Source: an uncultured Actinomycetes bacterium (GTDB taxonomy: Bacteria > Actinomycetota > Thermoleophilia > RBG-16-64-13). From it: a stretch of 64,000 bases of DNA. Position 1 is the first letter of the stretch; each line of letters begins with the position of its first letter. Of the stretch, positions 63,282-64,000 are shown piece after piece. The translations under genes and the position numbers were made by a program. The stretch lies in the NCBI GenBank assembly GCA_963706025.1, contig CAVPLM010000005.1, positions 608,001-672,000 of the forward strand. The letters run 5' to 3'. Under the pieces are notes generated by a model, which was given only the letters and a program-made list of their open reading frames with translations, made no database searches and had not been told where the DNA came from.

Positions 63282-64000
63282 CTAGGACCCCGATAGGACC
63301 TCGCCGATGGGTCGTCCGTCCAGTTCGTCGCAGCTCAACCCGAACCATTCAAGGAAGGTGGCGGCGAAATCCATGACGGACACCGTTCGGGCCACGGTTC
63401 CAGGCTGCAGTCCCGGCCCGACCACCGCGAACAGACCATCCGGTCTGTGATCACCGGTCCGGCAATAGCGATATTCTCCCTCCACCACGCCGATCTTACC
63501 CGAAGCGGCCCGCACCCGATAGGACAGATCGCTGCTCACCGCCTTGCTGCCCATGCGTACCTCCTGATTCCACTCGACCAGGAGATCCGGCAGATGCTCG
63601 AGGCGCTCCCCTCGGTAGAGGTCAGAGGTCTTCATGACCTTCTTCACCAGGGGCCGGCCACCGGCAACCTCGGTGACGGCCAGCAGGTCTTCGCTCAGCC
63701 GACGGCAGAGGTCATCGAACTCCGCGCCCGGCTCGATAATGCCTTGTGGTTCTCTACCCGCGAGGTTGACGCGGATGCCGCTGATCAGGTCTCCGTTGTC
63801 CTGAGGAAAACAAGCGCACTTCGCCAGGTCCAATCGGTCGGAGAGCCGGCGCGGGCCCGTGGTCTCCGGGTCTCGGGCCCAGCCGAGCATCGGTGACACG
63901 ACCGGCCTCAGGGAGCGCTGGACCGGCTTCGGCAACCTGCTCCATCCCCGCGCCCCGGTGCGGAAGAGCCTCCGGGGCATCGGCTCCGGGTGACCGGCAC
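63282..64000 (-). CDS. Alkaline-phosphatase-superfamily (type I phosphodiesterase/nucleotide pyrophosphatase-like) protein, C-terminal part
   Basis: IRVNLAGREPQG, PDLLVEWN, TGDHRPDG and MDFAAT...LDGRP; start lies beyond the window. Confidence 0.8.
   Translation of the reverse strand, partial: AGHPEPMPRRLFRTGARGWSRLPKPVQRSLRPVVSPMLGWARDPETTGPRRLSDRLDLAKCACFPQDNGDLISGIRVNLAGREPQGIIEPGAEFDDLCRRLSEDLLAVTEVAGGRPLVKKVMKTSDLYRGERLEHLPDLLVEWNQEVRMGSKAVSSDLSYRVRAASGKIGVVEGEYRYCRTGDHRPDGLFAVVGPGLQPGTVARTVSVMDFAATFLEWFGLSCDELDGRPIGEVLSGS

Overview
High-GC bacterial chromosome segment, most consistent with a deep-branching actinobacterium of the Thermoleophilia/Coriobacteriia type (inference from Firmicutes-like synteny in GC-rich DNA, plus sigH, mcsAB, disA and CW_binding_2 repeats). 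The centre (about 10.4-39.7 kb, all minus strand) is a conserved housekeeping block: tilS-hpt-ftsH-folE-folP-folB-folK-nadA-nadB-nadC-coaX-dusB-greA-lysS-mcsA-mcsB-clpC-radA-disA-carD-yacL-ispD-ispF-gltX-cysS-rlmB-yacP-sigH. The left flank holds an ARPP-1/phosphoesterase/HAD-nucleotidase operon with a divergent XRE regulator, an xpaC-telA pair, tRNA-Thr(TGT) and a 3.85-kb block bounded by a duplicated gene fragment. The right flank holds a deacetylase, a ferredoxin, a c-di-GMP enzyme, an Lrp/APC permease/phosphoesterase/nucleotidyltransferase-like operon, an ECF sigma module, a TetR gene with two operators, a cell-wall-anchored beta-helix protein, a tRNA-Leu 3' fragment and the edge of a polysaccharide-modification locus. 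Best leads: (1) an intact McsB homologue that has lost its arginine-kinase catalytic motifs; (2) the permease/phosphoesterase/NTase operon; (3) the ARPP-1 operon; (4) an anti-sigma factor whose outer domain is duplicated as a stand-alone lipoprotein; (5) an in-frame UGA plus strong hairpin between folB and a folK that lacks a canonical start. About a dozen apparent frameshifts, one of them in clpC, point to indel errors in the assembly, so all frame-dependent claims need read-level checking. Family assignments come from motifs recognised by eye; no searches were run.
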